A stretch of DNA of 20,000 nucleotides from an uncultured virus (IMG/VR IMGVR_UViG_3300043313_000272) (lineage: Duplodnaviria > Heunggongvirae > Uroviricota > Caudoviricetes). The notes under the pieces were generated by a model that was not told where the DNA came from, ran no database searches, and saw only the letters and a list, made by a program, of their open reading frames with translations. The stretch lies in the IMG/VR virus record IMGVR_UViG_3300043313_000272, one strand, 5' to 3'. The translations under genes were made by a program, and so were the position numbers. Below are positions 1 to 7,149 of this stretch, one piece after another (within the stretch, counting starts at the first letter, position 1; every line of letters starts with the position of its first letter).

Positions 1-85
1 GCCGGCGGCAGTCGAAGTTCTCGCACATCACCGCCAGGTCGAAGATCGTCTCCAGGTCGACGTCTTCCAGGGTTCCGGTTGTCAT
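1..85 (-). CDS. hypothetical protein, runs off the window (MTTGTLEDVDLETIFDLAVMCENFDCRR...)
   Basis: ATGA overlap with the stop of the 82-285 gene; frame open to the window edge. Confidence 0.6.
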   Translation of the reverse strand, partial: MTTGTLEDVDLETIFDLAVMCENFDCRR

Positions 86-285
86 GCTTGCCTCGCTTGC
101 AGGAGTTGGGACACGACCCGTCGCACGAACAGGTTGTCCTCCATGGCCAACCCCACGATGACACGGACGGTCTCGGAGTGCTTGGGCGCCGCATGGCCGT
201 AGCCCTCGATTTCTGAGGCGATGCTGTCGAGCTTCCGGATGATCGGCGGATCCAGCCGGGTGCTTACGGTGTCCTTCGCTACCAC
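82..285 (-). CDS. small ribbon-helix-helix-like DNA-binding protein (67 aa)
   Basis: GTG start 4 nt after CCACCTGGCAAGGAG; the pattern TVSTRLDPPIIRKLDSIA...SETVRVIV resembles CopG/Arc RHH. Confidence 0.6.
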   Translation of the reverse strand: MVAKDTVSTRLDPPIIRKLDSIASEIEGYGHAAPKHSETVRVIVGLAMEDNLFVRRVVSQLLQARQA

Positions 286-289
286 GATT

Positions 290-305
290 CTCCTTGCCAG
301 GTGGG
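290..305 (-). promoter_or_regulatory. start-associated box CCCACCTGGCAAGGAG (box-only copy)
   Basis: Same motif as in the six full cassettes, directly upstream of a start codon. Confidence 0.75.
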
Positions 306-343
306 GCTTACCTGTCAAGGGTAGCGGATCGTATACGTTTCGT

Positions 344-544
344 CTACGTTTTTTGGCCGCGTTTCCAAACGTGGCCACAGTCGGGGCAGCGCCACACGTT
401 CGTCTGCTCCTCGGTCGGCTCGTGCGTGTCCTCGGTGACCTCAATGGCCCGAGTGAACAGCTTCTTGAGGTGCCGGTATTGCCGCTTGACCGTGCGATCG
501 CGCAGCGACACCTTGCAGCTCGGGCACTGCTGGGGGAGCTTCAT
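344..544 (-). CDS. zinc-ribbon protein
   Basis: CPSC...WRCPDCGHVW; ATGA-coupled to the upstream gene. Confidence 0.75.
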   Translation of the reverse strand: MKLPQQCPSCKVSLRDRTVKRQYRHLKKLFTRAIEVTEDTHEPTEEQTNVWRCPDCGHVWKRGQKT

Positions 545-837
545 AGCGCCTGGAACGTGGAGCCGCAGGCGAGGCAGCGGGACTGGCCGTTGACCCTCTC
601 AGATCGCAGCTCCAACGGATGCCGGCACAACCTGGCCGGCGTCATCATCCTCGGCGTCTGCCGGACCTGTATTACGCGGGACCGCGGCATGTCACGCGCC
701 AGCTGATCCTGGCAGGCTTTGATCACCCATTCCGACCGATTCATCGCCATCTCCGCCGCCGCCGCGTCGATTTGGGCCAGCAGCCCAGGCGGCGTACGGA
801 CGTTGAGCTTCCCTTGCTCGTCCTGCTCCTCCGGCAT
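541..837 (-). CDS. RHH (CopG/Arc-like) DNA-binding protein with C-terminal Cys/His motif
   Basis: KLNVRTPPGLLAQIDAAAAEMAMNRSEWVIKAC is a typical RHH pattern; C-terminal CRH...CLACG; RBS GGAAGGTG. Confidence 0.75.
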   Translation of the reverse strand: MPEEQDEQGKLNVRTPPGLLAQIDAAAAEMAMNRSEWVIKACQDQLARDMPRSRVIQVRQTPRMMTPARLCRHPLELRSERVNGQSRCLACGSTFQAL

Positions 838-1032
838 GTATCACCTTCCCCCGATGTGAATCGGAGGCTACCGGAAATGACAGCCGTGTGATCCGGCTGG
901 CGTAGACGTGCCCAATTGTTATGCTTCGGATATGTCCACGCGGCGAGCACACCCAGATCACGCGTCGATAACGGATCGGCGCGCGGCGCTGGAGCGTTCC
1001 CTCCGGCACTTCCTGGAGATCCAGGAGGAGGC

Positions 1033-1212
1033 TCAGGAAATGACCGTGATCCAGGGGCAAGGCCGGGATGAGGCGCGGAGCACAAGCAGCTCGCCGACCG
1101 CCTCCAAGATCGTCTCCCAATAGACCACAGCCTGGACGTCCCGCACGTCTTCGGCGAGATCACGCTCCGTTGCCGCTAGGTCGTCCAGCTCCCTCAGCTC
1201 TATCTCGGTCAT
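1033..1212 (-). CDS. hypothetical protein (59 aa, MTEIELRELDDLAATERDLAEDV...)
   Basis: Manually translated, below the ORF-track cutoff; RBS GGGGAGG upstream of ATG. Confidence 0.55.
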   Translation of the reverse strand: MTEIELRELDDLAATERDLAEDVRDVQAVVYWETILEAVGELLVLRASSRPCPWITVIS

Positions 1213-1450
1213 CGTCGACCTCCCCGACCGGACCCCACTTCTCGGGGTGAATCCGTCTGTCAGATCTAGTCAACCTTGCGACGGCCTCTGCCGGCGTGAT
1301 CTCGCCGCTTCTCAGTAGCGCGCGTGTCCGATCCATGCTCGCTCGGGCGACGTCATCGGCGCGAGTGGCGAACCGCATAGCCTGCTCTGACGCCTCAGCT
1401 GGGGAGAGCAGGTCAGCCACTTTCGGCGCCCACGGTGGCAGCGGCCACAC
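1160..1450 (-). CDS. hypothetical protein
   Basis: RBS GGGGAG before GTG; co-oriented with neighbours. Confidence 0.6.
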   Translation of the reverse strand: MWPLPPWAPKVADLLSPAEASEQAMRFATRADDVARASMDRTRALLRSGEITPAEAVARLTRSDRRIHPEKWGPVGEVDDDRDRAEGAGRPSGNGA

Positions 1451-1458
1451 GGCTCCCC

Positions 1459-1665
1459 CTAACCCTTGTCATGGTGACGCACCTCCACCTTGTTCATGGC
1501 GACGGGCAGCGCCTCGATCTGGAATCCGCCGAAGGTGGCCGCGTCGAGGCTGAGCGCGAACCCGTTGTCCAGGTCCTCCAGCATCCACTGGTTTCCGGAC
1601 CCGTCGCTGATCAGCACATACTTCGGGTCGCCCTGCGGTGTGTCCACCGGGATCGCGATGATCAT
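1459..1665 (-). CDS. hypothetical protein (MIIAIPVDTPQGDPKY...)
   Basis: ATGA overlap with the upstream stop at 1662-1664. Confidence 0.7.
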   Translation of the reverse strand: MIIAIPVDTPQGDPKYVLISDGSGNQWMLEDLDNGFALSLDAATFGGFQIEALPVAMNKVEVRHHDKG

Positions 1666-2039
1666 GAGGGTTCTCCCAGTTCGGCTGCCCACTTGTCGCG
1701 GCGCTCGATCGAGTGGGCCATGATCTCGTTCATCCAGTCGGGGGCGACGCCGTCTTCCCAACGCCACTTCAGCCAGTACAGCTCCTTGTTGACGGTGGAG
1801 AGGCGGCTGCCCTTCAGCACCTGATGGGCGAACACGCTGAGGTCAAGCTCCCAGACACCGCCGCGATGGTCGACCTCCACCTCGCCGTCGACGGTCACGC
1901 GCGTCCAGGTGACCTTCGCCAGGTACGGCTGAAAGGGCGGGCGCGATCGATCCTGGATTATCTCCACGTGGCCGACGTCGTACTCCAGCAGGATGCTGTC
2001 GGTGACCTTCCTGCTCGGGTAGACCTGCGGGCCTTTCAC
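1662..2039 (-). CDS. hypothetical protein (MKGPQVYPSRKV...)
   Basis: GTGA overlap with the stop of the 2036-2212 gene. Confidence 0.7.
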   Translation of the reverse strand: MKGPQVYPSRKVTDSILLEYDVGHVEIIQDRSRPPFQPYLAKVTWTRVTVDGEVEVDHRGGVWELDLSVFAHQVLKGSRLSTVNKELYWLKWRWEDGVAPDWMNEIMAHSIERRDKWAAELGEPS

Positions 2040-2212
2040 TTCCGCCCCCGGTTGGCCTTCCGGGAGGCTCGCGCCTGCTTGGTCTTGGCCCGGTTCGCCT
2101 TCGCCTTCCGATGCCGCGGCGGCGGCTGGAGCGGCTCGACTTCGTAGTTGCCGGCTATCGGCTTGATGAGGCTCATCCCGTCGAGGACGTTTCGCCAATC
2201 GATTGTGGCCAT
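2036..2212 (-). CDS. small basic protein (58 aa, MATIDWRNVLDGMSL...RKANRGRK)
   Basis: Manually translated; preceded by box ACCTGGCAAAG plus AAGGAG RBS. Confidence 0.7.
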   Translation of the reverse strand: MATIDWRNVLDGMSLIKPIAGNYEVEPLQPPPRHRKAKANRAKTKQARASRKANRGRK

Positions 2213-2219
2213 GCTTGTT

Positions 2220-2238
2220 CTCCTTCTTTGCCAGGTGT
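2220..2238 (-). promoter_or_regulatory. start-associated box CACCTGGCAAAG plus RBS (box-only copy)
   Basis: Motif match upstream of the ATG at 2212. Confidence 0.75.
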
Positions 2239-2245
2239 GTTGTGT

Positions 2246-2304
2246 GGGCGGCTGACCGCTTCCCTGAGACGGATCACTCGGGATCGTCTGACAGCCAGCC
2301 GCCC
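2246..2304 (-). other. long intergenic RNA hairpin
   Basis: Minus strand GGGCGGCTGGCTGT pairs with GCGGTCAGCCGCCC (14 bp, 3 G-U); inner AGACGATC/GATCCGTCT stem. Confidence 0.6.
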
Positions 2305-2326
2305 TTTCCTCCCCTGTGCGACGCCG

Positions 2327-2575
2327 TTATGGCGACGACAGAAGCTCCAGATACCCTCGGTCGTGCATCCAGTGGTAGATCTCGTTCCAATCGCCCGAGT
2401 AGATCACCTCGTCGTTGTCGTCCCAGATGTCGAGCTTCCAGACCGCCGGGTCGGCTTGGATGATCGTGAACCGTTTCCTCATGCCGGCCAGCTCCAGCAT
2501 CTCGGTGTCGAAGTAGGCGACCTCCACGCCGGCGGGCAGGTTGTCACGAAGCACTTGCAACGCGTCGCCGGCCAT
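2327..2575 (-). CDS. hypothetical protein
   Basis: RBS GAGGAGGTGG; co-oriented ORF. Confidence 0.7.
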   Translation of the reverse strand: MAGDALQVLRDNLPAGVEVAYFDTEMLELAGMRKRFTIIQADPAVWKLDIWDDNDEVIYSGDWNEIYHWMHDRGYLELLSSP

Positions 2576-2753
2576 TTCCCACCTCCTCGTACACCTTGAC
2601 CGTCATGTTCATATGCCCAAGCAGCTCGGACAATAACAGATCCGGGTTCTCCAGGTCGGGCTCGTCGAGCGCCTCCTGCAGCCGGCTGGCGGTCCGCTTC
2701 CAGGTGTCTATGTTGCAGTTCAGCTCAACCACGGGTTGGCCGTTGGTGCTCAT
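2544..2753 (-). CDS. hypothetical protein
   Basis: ATGA-coupled; RBS GAGGAGG. Confidence 0.7.
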   Translation of the reverse strand: MSTNGQPVVELNCNIDTWKRTASRLQEALDEPDLENPDLLLSELLGHMNMTVKVYEEVGNGRRRVASAS

Positions 2754-2929
2754 GACGCCTCCTCAACCGAGAGGACCTGCACCTCGTAGGCGGGCACGTC
2801 TGCGTCGGCTGCGTGGTGCAGCTTGGCCGCGCGCCGGGCTGCCGGCACATGATCCTTCTCGATCTCGGTGGTGACCTTCGGGCCCTCCAGATCCTTGGTG
2901 GCCCATTGGGTGGTGACCAGGAACTTCAT
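2750..2929 (-). CDS. hypothetical protein (59 aa, MKFLVTTQWATKDLEGPK...)
   Basis: Manually translated; ATGA overlaps at both ends. Confidence 0.7.
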   Translation of the reverse strand: MKFLVTTQWATKDLEGPKVTTEIEKDHVPAARRAAKLHHAADADVPAYEVQVLSVEEAS

Positions 2930-3147
2930 GCAGGCACCCCCATCGGGGTGACCTCGACGACAACCACGTTGTCCGCGAAGTGCGAGCGGACCTCGTTGAA
3001 GCCGAAGCGGGCGGCTGCGTCGGACACCTTGACGTTGATGTCCAGCACCGCGCCGTCGACTAACACGCCGTCGGTGCTGTCGCCCTGCAACAGCGACACC
3101 TCAGTGCCCCAAGCCTTACGGACCATCACTACGGTGAAGTCGGACAT
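2926..3147 (-). CDS. hypothetical protein
   Basis: First gene downstream of the cassette at 3153-3220. Confidence 0.75.
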   Translation of the reverse strand: MSDFTVVMVRKAWGTEVSLLQGDSTDGVLVDGAVLDINVKVSDAAARFGFNEVRSHFADNVVVVEVTPMGVPA

Positions 3148-3152
3148 TTTGA

Positions 3153-3220
3153 TCTCCCTTGCCAGGTGGATTTTCGATCTAGGACAAACCTATGGGACCA
3201 CCCCGGTGTTGTCAAGAGTT
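3153..3220 (-). promoter_or_regulatory. promoter cassette 1: TTGACA (3210-3215), 17 bp, TAGGTT (3187-3192), box TCCACCTGGCAAGGGAGA
   Basis: Consensus SigA/HrdB-type -35 and -10-like hexamers; repeated six times in the window. Confidence 0.85.
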
Positions 3221-3228
3221 TGGGGAGA

Positions 3229-4158
3229 TTAGAGTCCTTTTCTTCCTAGCCAGACGCGACTTGCCTTCACCAGCTTGCCGGCGGGAGTGAAGATGCTCCA
3301 CTTGCTGCGCGACCTCAGATACTCCTTCACCGCCACGGCGTACTCGACGTCAGCGGCGTCCGCCGGGGTGGCTGGGTCGATCGGCACAGGTGGCAGCGGC
3401 AGCACACGACCGGTCAGGGAGTGGAAGGCGGCGGCGAGCTTGTCGCGACTGATGCCCTCCTGGAATTGGGAGGTTCCGAGGTTCTCGGGCCAGATCACCG
3501 CCCACGCCTCGTCCACGCACTCCTGGAAGCCACGATCGGTGAAGGTGCGCACCTGGCCCCACGTCTTCAGATCCTTGCCGGGGCCGACGCGGTCGGAGTC
3601 GAAGCCGCCGAAGACCACCGAGTGGCCGCCGGCGTCGACGTCGCCGGGGTGGTAGTCAAACGGCAGATTGTTCGGCCAGTCGTGGGACATATGCAGCTCT
3701 TGCACGGTGAACCCGACCCACAGCGCGCCGAAGATCGAGATCGCCGCCTCGACTTCCTCCAGGTTCTTGTGGTCGACCTTGGCGAAGGCGATCGGGAACA
3801 CCCCGTCCGTCCCGCCATTCTTGATCAGGTAGTCGAGCAGGAGGTGGATGTACATCCCCTCGTCTTGCCCATTGTCGAAGTCCGGATTCTGGGTCCGGTA
3901 GATCGCCAGGACTTCGTCGAGGGTGAAGTAGCGTTCCGCGCCGACCAGCCGGGACATGAGGCGCCGGAGGTCGGCGTAAGTGACCGCGACGCAGTCGCCC
4001 CACCGGTCGTTGCCGAGCATCTTCCAGCCGGCGATGTTCAGGTGGTGCGCCTCGGGTGGATGGTCCGGGACGGTGCCGGAGAGGATCGAGCGGAGTCGCA
4101 GCGCCGGCTTGTCCAGCGGCGGCTTCTTCCCCAGCTTCAGTCCAAGTTCCCAGCTCAC
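3229..4158 (-). CDS. papain-like (C1-related) cysteine peptidase
   Basis: MLGNDRWGDCV (catalytic Cys), GGHSVVFGGFD (His), KTWG. Confidence 0.7.
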   Translation of the reverse strand: MSWELGLKLGKKPPLDKPALRLRSILSGTVPDHPPEAHHLNIAGWKMLGNDRWGDCVAVTYADLRRLMSRLVGAERYFTLDEVLAIYRTQNPDFDNGQDEGMYIHLLLDYLIKNGGTDGVFPIAFAKVDHKNLEEVEAAISIFGALWVGFTVQELHMSHDWPNNLPFDYHPGDVDAGGHSVVFGGFDSDRVGPGKDLKTWGQVRTFTDRGFQECVDEAWAVIWPENLGTSQFQEGISRDKLAAAFHSLTGRVLPLPPVPIDPATPADAADVEYAVAVKEYLRSRSKWSIFTPAGKLVKASRVWLGRKGL

Positions 4159-4235
4159 GTCAGCTGCAGAACGACGATGACCAGAATGATGATGATGAGC
4201 ACCCCGATAACGGTGCCGATGACTCCACGGTCCAT
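4155..4235 (-). CDS. 26-aa single-TM peptide (MDRGVIGTVIGVLIIIILVIVVLQLT)
   Basis: Manually translated; GTGA-coupled to the peptidase; possibly leaderless (TACGTT 6 nt upstream). Confidence 0.6.
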   Translation of the reverse strand: MDRGVIGTVIGVLIIIILVIVVLQLT

Positions 4236-4299
4236 GGCAGAAACGTATCGACCCCAGGGTCCCAAGCTAGGGATTTACCCGGGGTCGCTGTCACACCGT

Positions 4300-4413
4300 C
4301 TACTTCTTGGGTTTCCCGGTCTTGGGGTTGACCGACTTCGACGTCCCGAAGATGTTCGTCTTGATCAGCGTCGCCTTGCGTAGCTCAGCCGGCTTCAGGG
4401 GTTTCTTGGCCAT
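4300..4413 (-). CDS. 37-aa Lys-rich peptide (MAKKPLKPAELRKATLIKTNIFG...)
   Basis: Strong RBS GAGGAGGTGA; manually translated. Confidence 0.65.
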   Translation of the reverse strand: MAKKPLKPAELRKATLIKTNIFGTSKSVNPKTGKPKK

Positions 4414-4426
4414 CGTTCACCTCCTC

Positions 4427-4642
4427 TCAGTCCATCACGTCGGGATCGATCCACGGCTCCGGGATCAGGTCCCAACCGGTGATCCAGTCACCGGGGGCGG
4501 CGACGCGGGGCGAGCGGCTTTCGAGGATCACCTTGTCGCCGGTGACTTCGACCACTTCCGCCTCCACTGTGTAGCTGGGTCCGTCTTTGGCTCCGGCAGC
4601 CATATACACCAGCAACCGGTCGCCGGGCTTGGACTCAGGCAC
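4427..4642 (-). CDS. hypothetical protein (MPESKPGDRLLVY...)
   Basis: RBS GGAGG before GTG; overlaps the upstream stop. Confidence 0.65.
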   Translation of the reverse strand: MPESKPGDRLLVYMAAGAKDGPSYTVEAEVVEVTGDKVILESRSPRVAAPGDWITGWDLIPEPWIDPDVMD

Positions 4643-4859
4643 GTCTCTTCCTCCGGCCTTGCCACCAGCCAGGCCCGGGATGGTTCCACCGGTCCTGGTA
4701 GGTGTCGTGCTCGTGGTTGATGGTGCGGGAGCCGTTGCCGAAGAACGGGATCCGCCAATGCCAGGTGTGCGAGTTGATCCGGAACCGCAGGCCCTTGCGG
4801 GACCAGTTGTACCGGAGGACCGGCAGCACCGGAATGTTTCCGCGGTCAAGCCAGGGCAT
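4635..4859 (-). CDS. small basic Trp-rich protein, possibly DUF4236-like
   Basis: LRYNWSRKG...PGPG pattern; RBS GAGG. Confidence 0.55.
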   Translation of the reverse strand: MPWLDRGNIPVLPVLRYNWSRKGLRFRINSHTWHWRIPFFGNGSRTINHEHDTYQDRWNHPGPGWWQGRRKRRA

Positions 4860-5277
4860 CGGCGATCGCCTCACCGTCGACCGGCGGCGGCAGCGGAGGC
4901 GCCGCGCCAGCTCCGACACAGGTCACGCAATAGCCGGACGTTTCCATCCGCACATCAGCGTTGCCGCAGCCCTTGCACGGCGAGGAGATCCAATGCCCCT
5001 CCTTCGCGCCGGGCTCCTTGACGTGGCGGTCAGGCTTGTCGATGTTCGGCCACGGCTCCTTGTGCCGGATGCCATACGCCGACGTGCGCTGGATATCCAG
5101 GATCTGGTCGACGGTGAGCGGGGCAGCCACCCGACCGGGCTCAGGATGTGAGCGCACCAGGAACAGCCGGATGCCCATCACCGTCACGCCGGCGGCGAGC
5201 ACGGCCAGCACCCACAGCAGGTGCACCTCGTGCTCCGGCGGCTTCTGGGCGATCGAGAAGACAATCAGTGCGCTCAC
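4846..5277 (-). CDS. membrane protein with CxxC...CxxC motif
   Basis: RBS GAGGGGAG before GTG; TM segment LLWVLAVLAAGVTVMGI; CKGC...CVTC. Confidence 0.65.
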   Translation of the reverse strand: MSALIVFSIAQKPPEHEVHLLWVLAVLAAGVTVMGIRLFLVRSHPEPGRVAAPLTVDQILDIQRTSAYGIRHKEPWPNIDKPDRHVKEPGAKEGHWISSPCKGCGNADVRMETSGYCVTCVGAGAAPPLPPPVDGEAIADALA

Positions 5278-5291
5278 GGCGCTCCCCTCGG

Positions 5292-5783
5292 TTAGATGAT
5301 GATCGTCATCAGCAGGCAGTTGACGATCGCCCACAAGCCGCAGAAGGCCAACGCGCCGAGCAGTCTGTACCCGTCGGCCCGGGACGGCTCCTGAGGTGCC
5401 CGGAACCAGCTCATGATCTCCCCAGTGCCACGCCACCAGGTGACCGCCGTGTCCTTGATGACCCGACCGATCAGGTGGAAGAACTTGCCGGTCAGCCAGG
5501 CGCCGAACCGCATCGGCCAGTAGATGCACGGCACCCACTCGACGTGGTAGCCGTTGTGCGAGTCGGACACCCGCACCCGCTGGTAGCTGGTCATGAAGGT
5601 CGTCTCGTAGTAGTCGACCTCCTGCGCCTCCATACGCCGGCGATCGGGTGGAACCAGCTCATTCCCGTAGTTCTGCGGCAGCTCGGGCGGGTACCCGTAA
5701 AGCGTGTCGGCGGTCACCATGCGGTCGTCGTAGATGGACAGCTCGCCATAGTCGAAGTCGTCGCTGCAGACCTTGTTGTTCAC
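5292..5783 (-). CDS. hypothetical protein with C-terminal TM helix
   Basis: GTGA-coupled ORF. Confidence 0.7.
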   Translation of the reverse strand: MNNKVCSDDFDYGELSIYDDRMVTADTLYGYPPELPQNYGNELVPPDRRRMEAQEVDYYETTFMTSYQRVRVSDSHNGYHVEWVPCIYWPMRFGAWLTGKFFHLIGRVIKDTAVTWWRGTGEIMSWFRAPQEPSRADGYRLLGALAFCGLWAIVNCLLMTIII

Positions 5784-6307
5784 CCTTCACCTCTCAGGAT
5801 CAGGCGCAGCCGGTGCGCAATGTGCCGATACTCCACAGCCAGCGCATGGTTCAGGGCTCGGTTCTGTTTGGGGCCGGTGCCGCGTCGCTGGTCGTTGTCA
5901 TCGGCCCACGAGCTGTACAGCGCCACCATCGCGTTCAGCTGCAGCCACAGCTTGTCATACTCGGACTCCAGGTCACGCGCCGCACCGAGCACCCGGTCGG
6001 CCAGGTCCTTGCGCTCCTCGTCGGTCATGGTGGGCCACAGGTCCTCCAGCGGATGGCTGCTGAGGAACACCACGTTCCGGGCCTTCCGGGCGCTCTTCGG
6101 CCACAGCAGCTCGGAGGGCGGCGGGCCGTACAGGAAGATCGGGTGCTCGGGTCCTGGCCGGTTGCAGTCGGCCAGCTCCATGCCACCCTTCGGGTCGTAA
6201 CCCCAGACCTCGGTGTCGCGGCCATACCGCCGGATCAGGTCCAGCAGCAGCCTCATGCGGCGTTGTTTGCCGTGCTGGCGGGCCTCTACGAGTACCCGGC
6301 GCATCAT
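5780..6307 (-). CDS. hypothetical protein
   Basis: ATGA-coupled ORF. Confidence 0.7.
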   Translation of the reverse strand: MMRRVLVEARQHGKQRRMRLLLDLIRRYGRDTEVWGYDPKGGMELADCNRPGPEHPIFLYGPPPSELLWPKSARKARNVVFLSSHPLEDLWPTMTDEERKDLADRVLGAARDLESEYDKLWLQLNAMVALYSSWADDNDQRRGTGPKQNRALNHALAVEYRHIAHRLRLILRGEG

Positions 6308-6732
6308 GCGTCCAAGCACTTGTTATACCGGGCGACGTAGACGTCCAGGGCTTTCTGCATCGCCTTGTCGGCCTTGGCGACCTTGTCCCACTCGGCGCCC
6401 GATTCGTCGTACTTCTCCGCCTTGAACAGCTGCATCGCCTTCACCACGTGCTTGTTGGACTCGACGTGCCTGTCGACGATCTCCTTGCCCCGGTCGAGCA
6501 TGGCGAAGCAGGCCGGCGGCATCTGGTCGACGGGCACCATCCAGTCCTTGAACACCGTCTGGGTTGGCGCCGGCTGAGCATCCGGCGCCGGTGCCGACGT
6601 CTTGACGCCGATGATGATCAGGGCGATCACCAGCAGGAACGCGATCCCCGCCATGACCAGCCGCCAGTTGTCGTCGATCCAGGCGACCGCCTTCCGGACG
6701 CCCGTCGGGGTCTCTTCCCGCTTGCCTGTCAC
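6304..6732 (-). CDS. membrane-anchored helical protein
   Basis: TM segment LVMAGIAFLLVIALIIIGV; GTGA-coupled. Confidence 0.75.
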   Translation of the reverse strand: MTGKREETPTGVRKAVAWIDDNWRLVMAGIAFLLVIALIIIGVKTSAPAPDAQPAPTQTVFKDWMVPVDQMPPACFAMLDRGKEIVDRHVESNKHVVKAMQLFKAEKYDESGAEWDKVAKADKAMQKALDVYVARYNKCLDA

Positions 6733-7052
6733 GAAGCCTCCTCGTCCTCCTCAGCCTCCACGCGAACGCTGGGGAAGTAGATGATGGAGCCTAGCCCCAT
6801 GGAGTCGATCGCGTTGTTGCCGGCCATCTCGTCCAGCAGCTCGTCGTCGGCGATCTCGGGATTGTCGCCGAGCAGCTGACCGAGCCGAATCCCGAACTCG
6901 AACGCTGTGGTGCCGCGGTCGACGTCGAAGCCGAGGCAGGTCGTGCCGTACATTCCGCGGCCCGAGTAGTTGTGCCTCACGGTGATGTCGAGGTCAGCTT
7001 CCTGCAGGGCCGTCTCCAGCTCGTCTGCCTGCTCGGGGGTGATGATCATCAT
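6729..7052 (-). CDS. acidic phage hypothetical protein (YSGRGMYG..CLG motif)
   Basis: First gene after cassette 2; motif recalled from phage hypothetical proteins. Confidence 0.75.
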   Translation of the reverse strand: MMIITPEQADELETALQEADLDITVRHNYSGRGMYGTTCLGFDVDRGTTAFEFGIRLGQLLGDNPEIADDELLDEMAGNNAIDSMGLGSIIYFPSVRVEAEEDEEAS

Positions 7053-7056
7053 GTCA

Positions 7057-7124
7057 ATCTCCTTTGCCAGGTGGATTTGATCTTGGTCTAAACCTAAGCG
7101 ACCGAACCCCGGTTGTCAAGAGTT
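7057..7124 (-). promoter_or_regulatory. promoter cassette 2: TTGACA (7114-7119), 17 bp, TAGGTT (7091-7096), box TCCACCTGGCAAAGGAGA
   Basis: Repeat of the cassette consensus. Confidence 0.85.
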
Positions 7125-7134
7125 CGGTCGCTTA
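7095..7134. repeat. 13-bp perfect inverted repeat TAAGCGACCGAAC/GTTCGGTCGCTTA enclosing the -35 (possible terminator)
   Basis: Arms at 7095-7107 and 7122-7134; on the minus strand followed by GGTTT, just downstream of the stop at 7150. Confidence 0.75.
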
Positions 7135-7149
7135 AGTCAAGAGTTTCTA

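Noticed and set aside
692..1163. ORFs 692-1120 and 741-1163 on the minus strand
   Set aside because: They overlap the RHH gene heavily and translate poorly; the 1033-1212 frame has a better RBS and composition.
3421..6340. Long plus-strand ORFs (e.g. 3421-4383, 5148-6200, 5648-6340) and most other + ORFs in the track
   Set aside because: They are antisense shadows of coupled minus-strand genes in high-GC DNA, with Arg/Pro-rich low-information translations and no convincing RBS.
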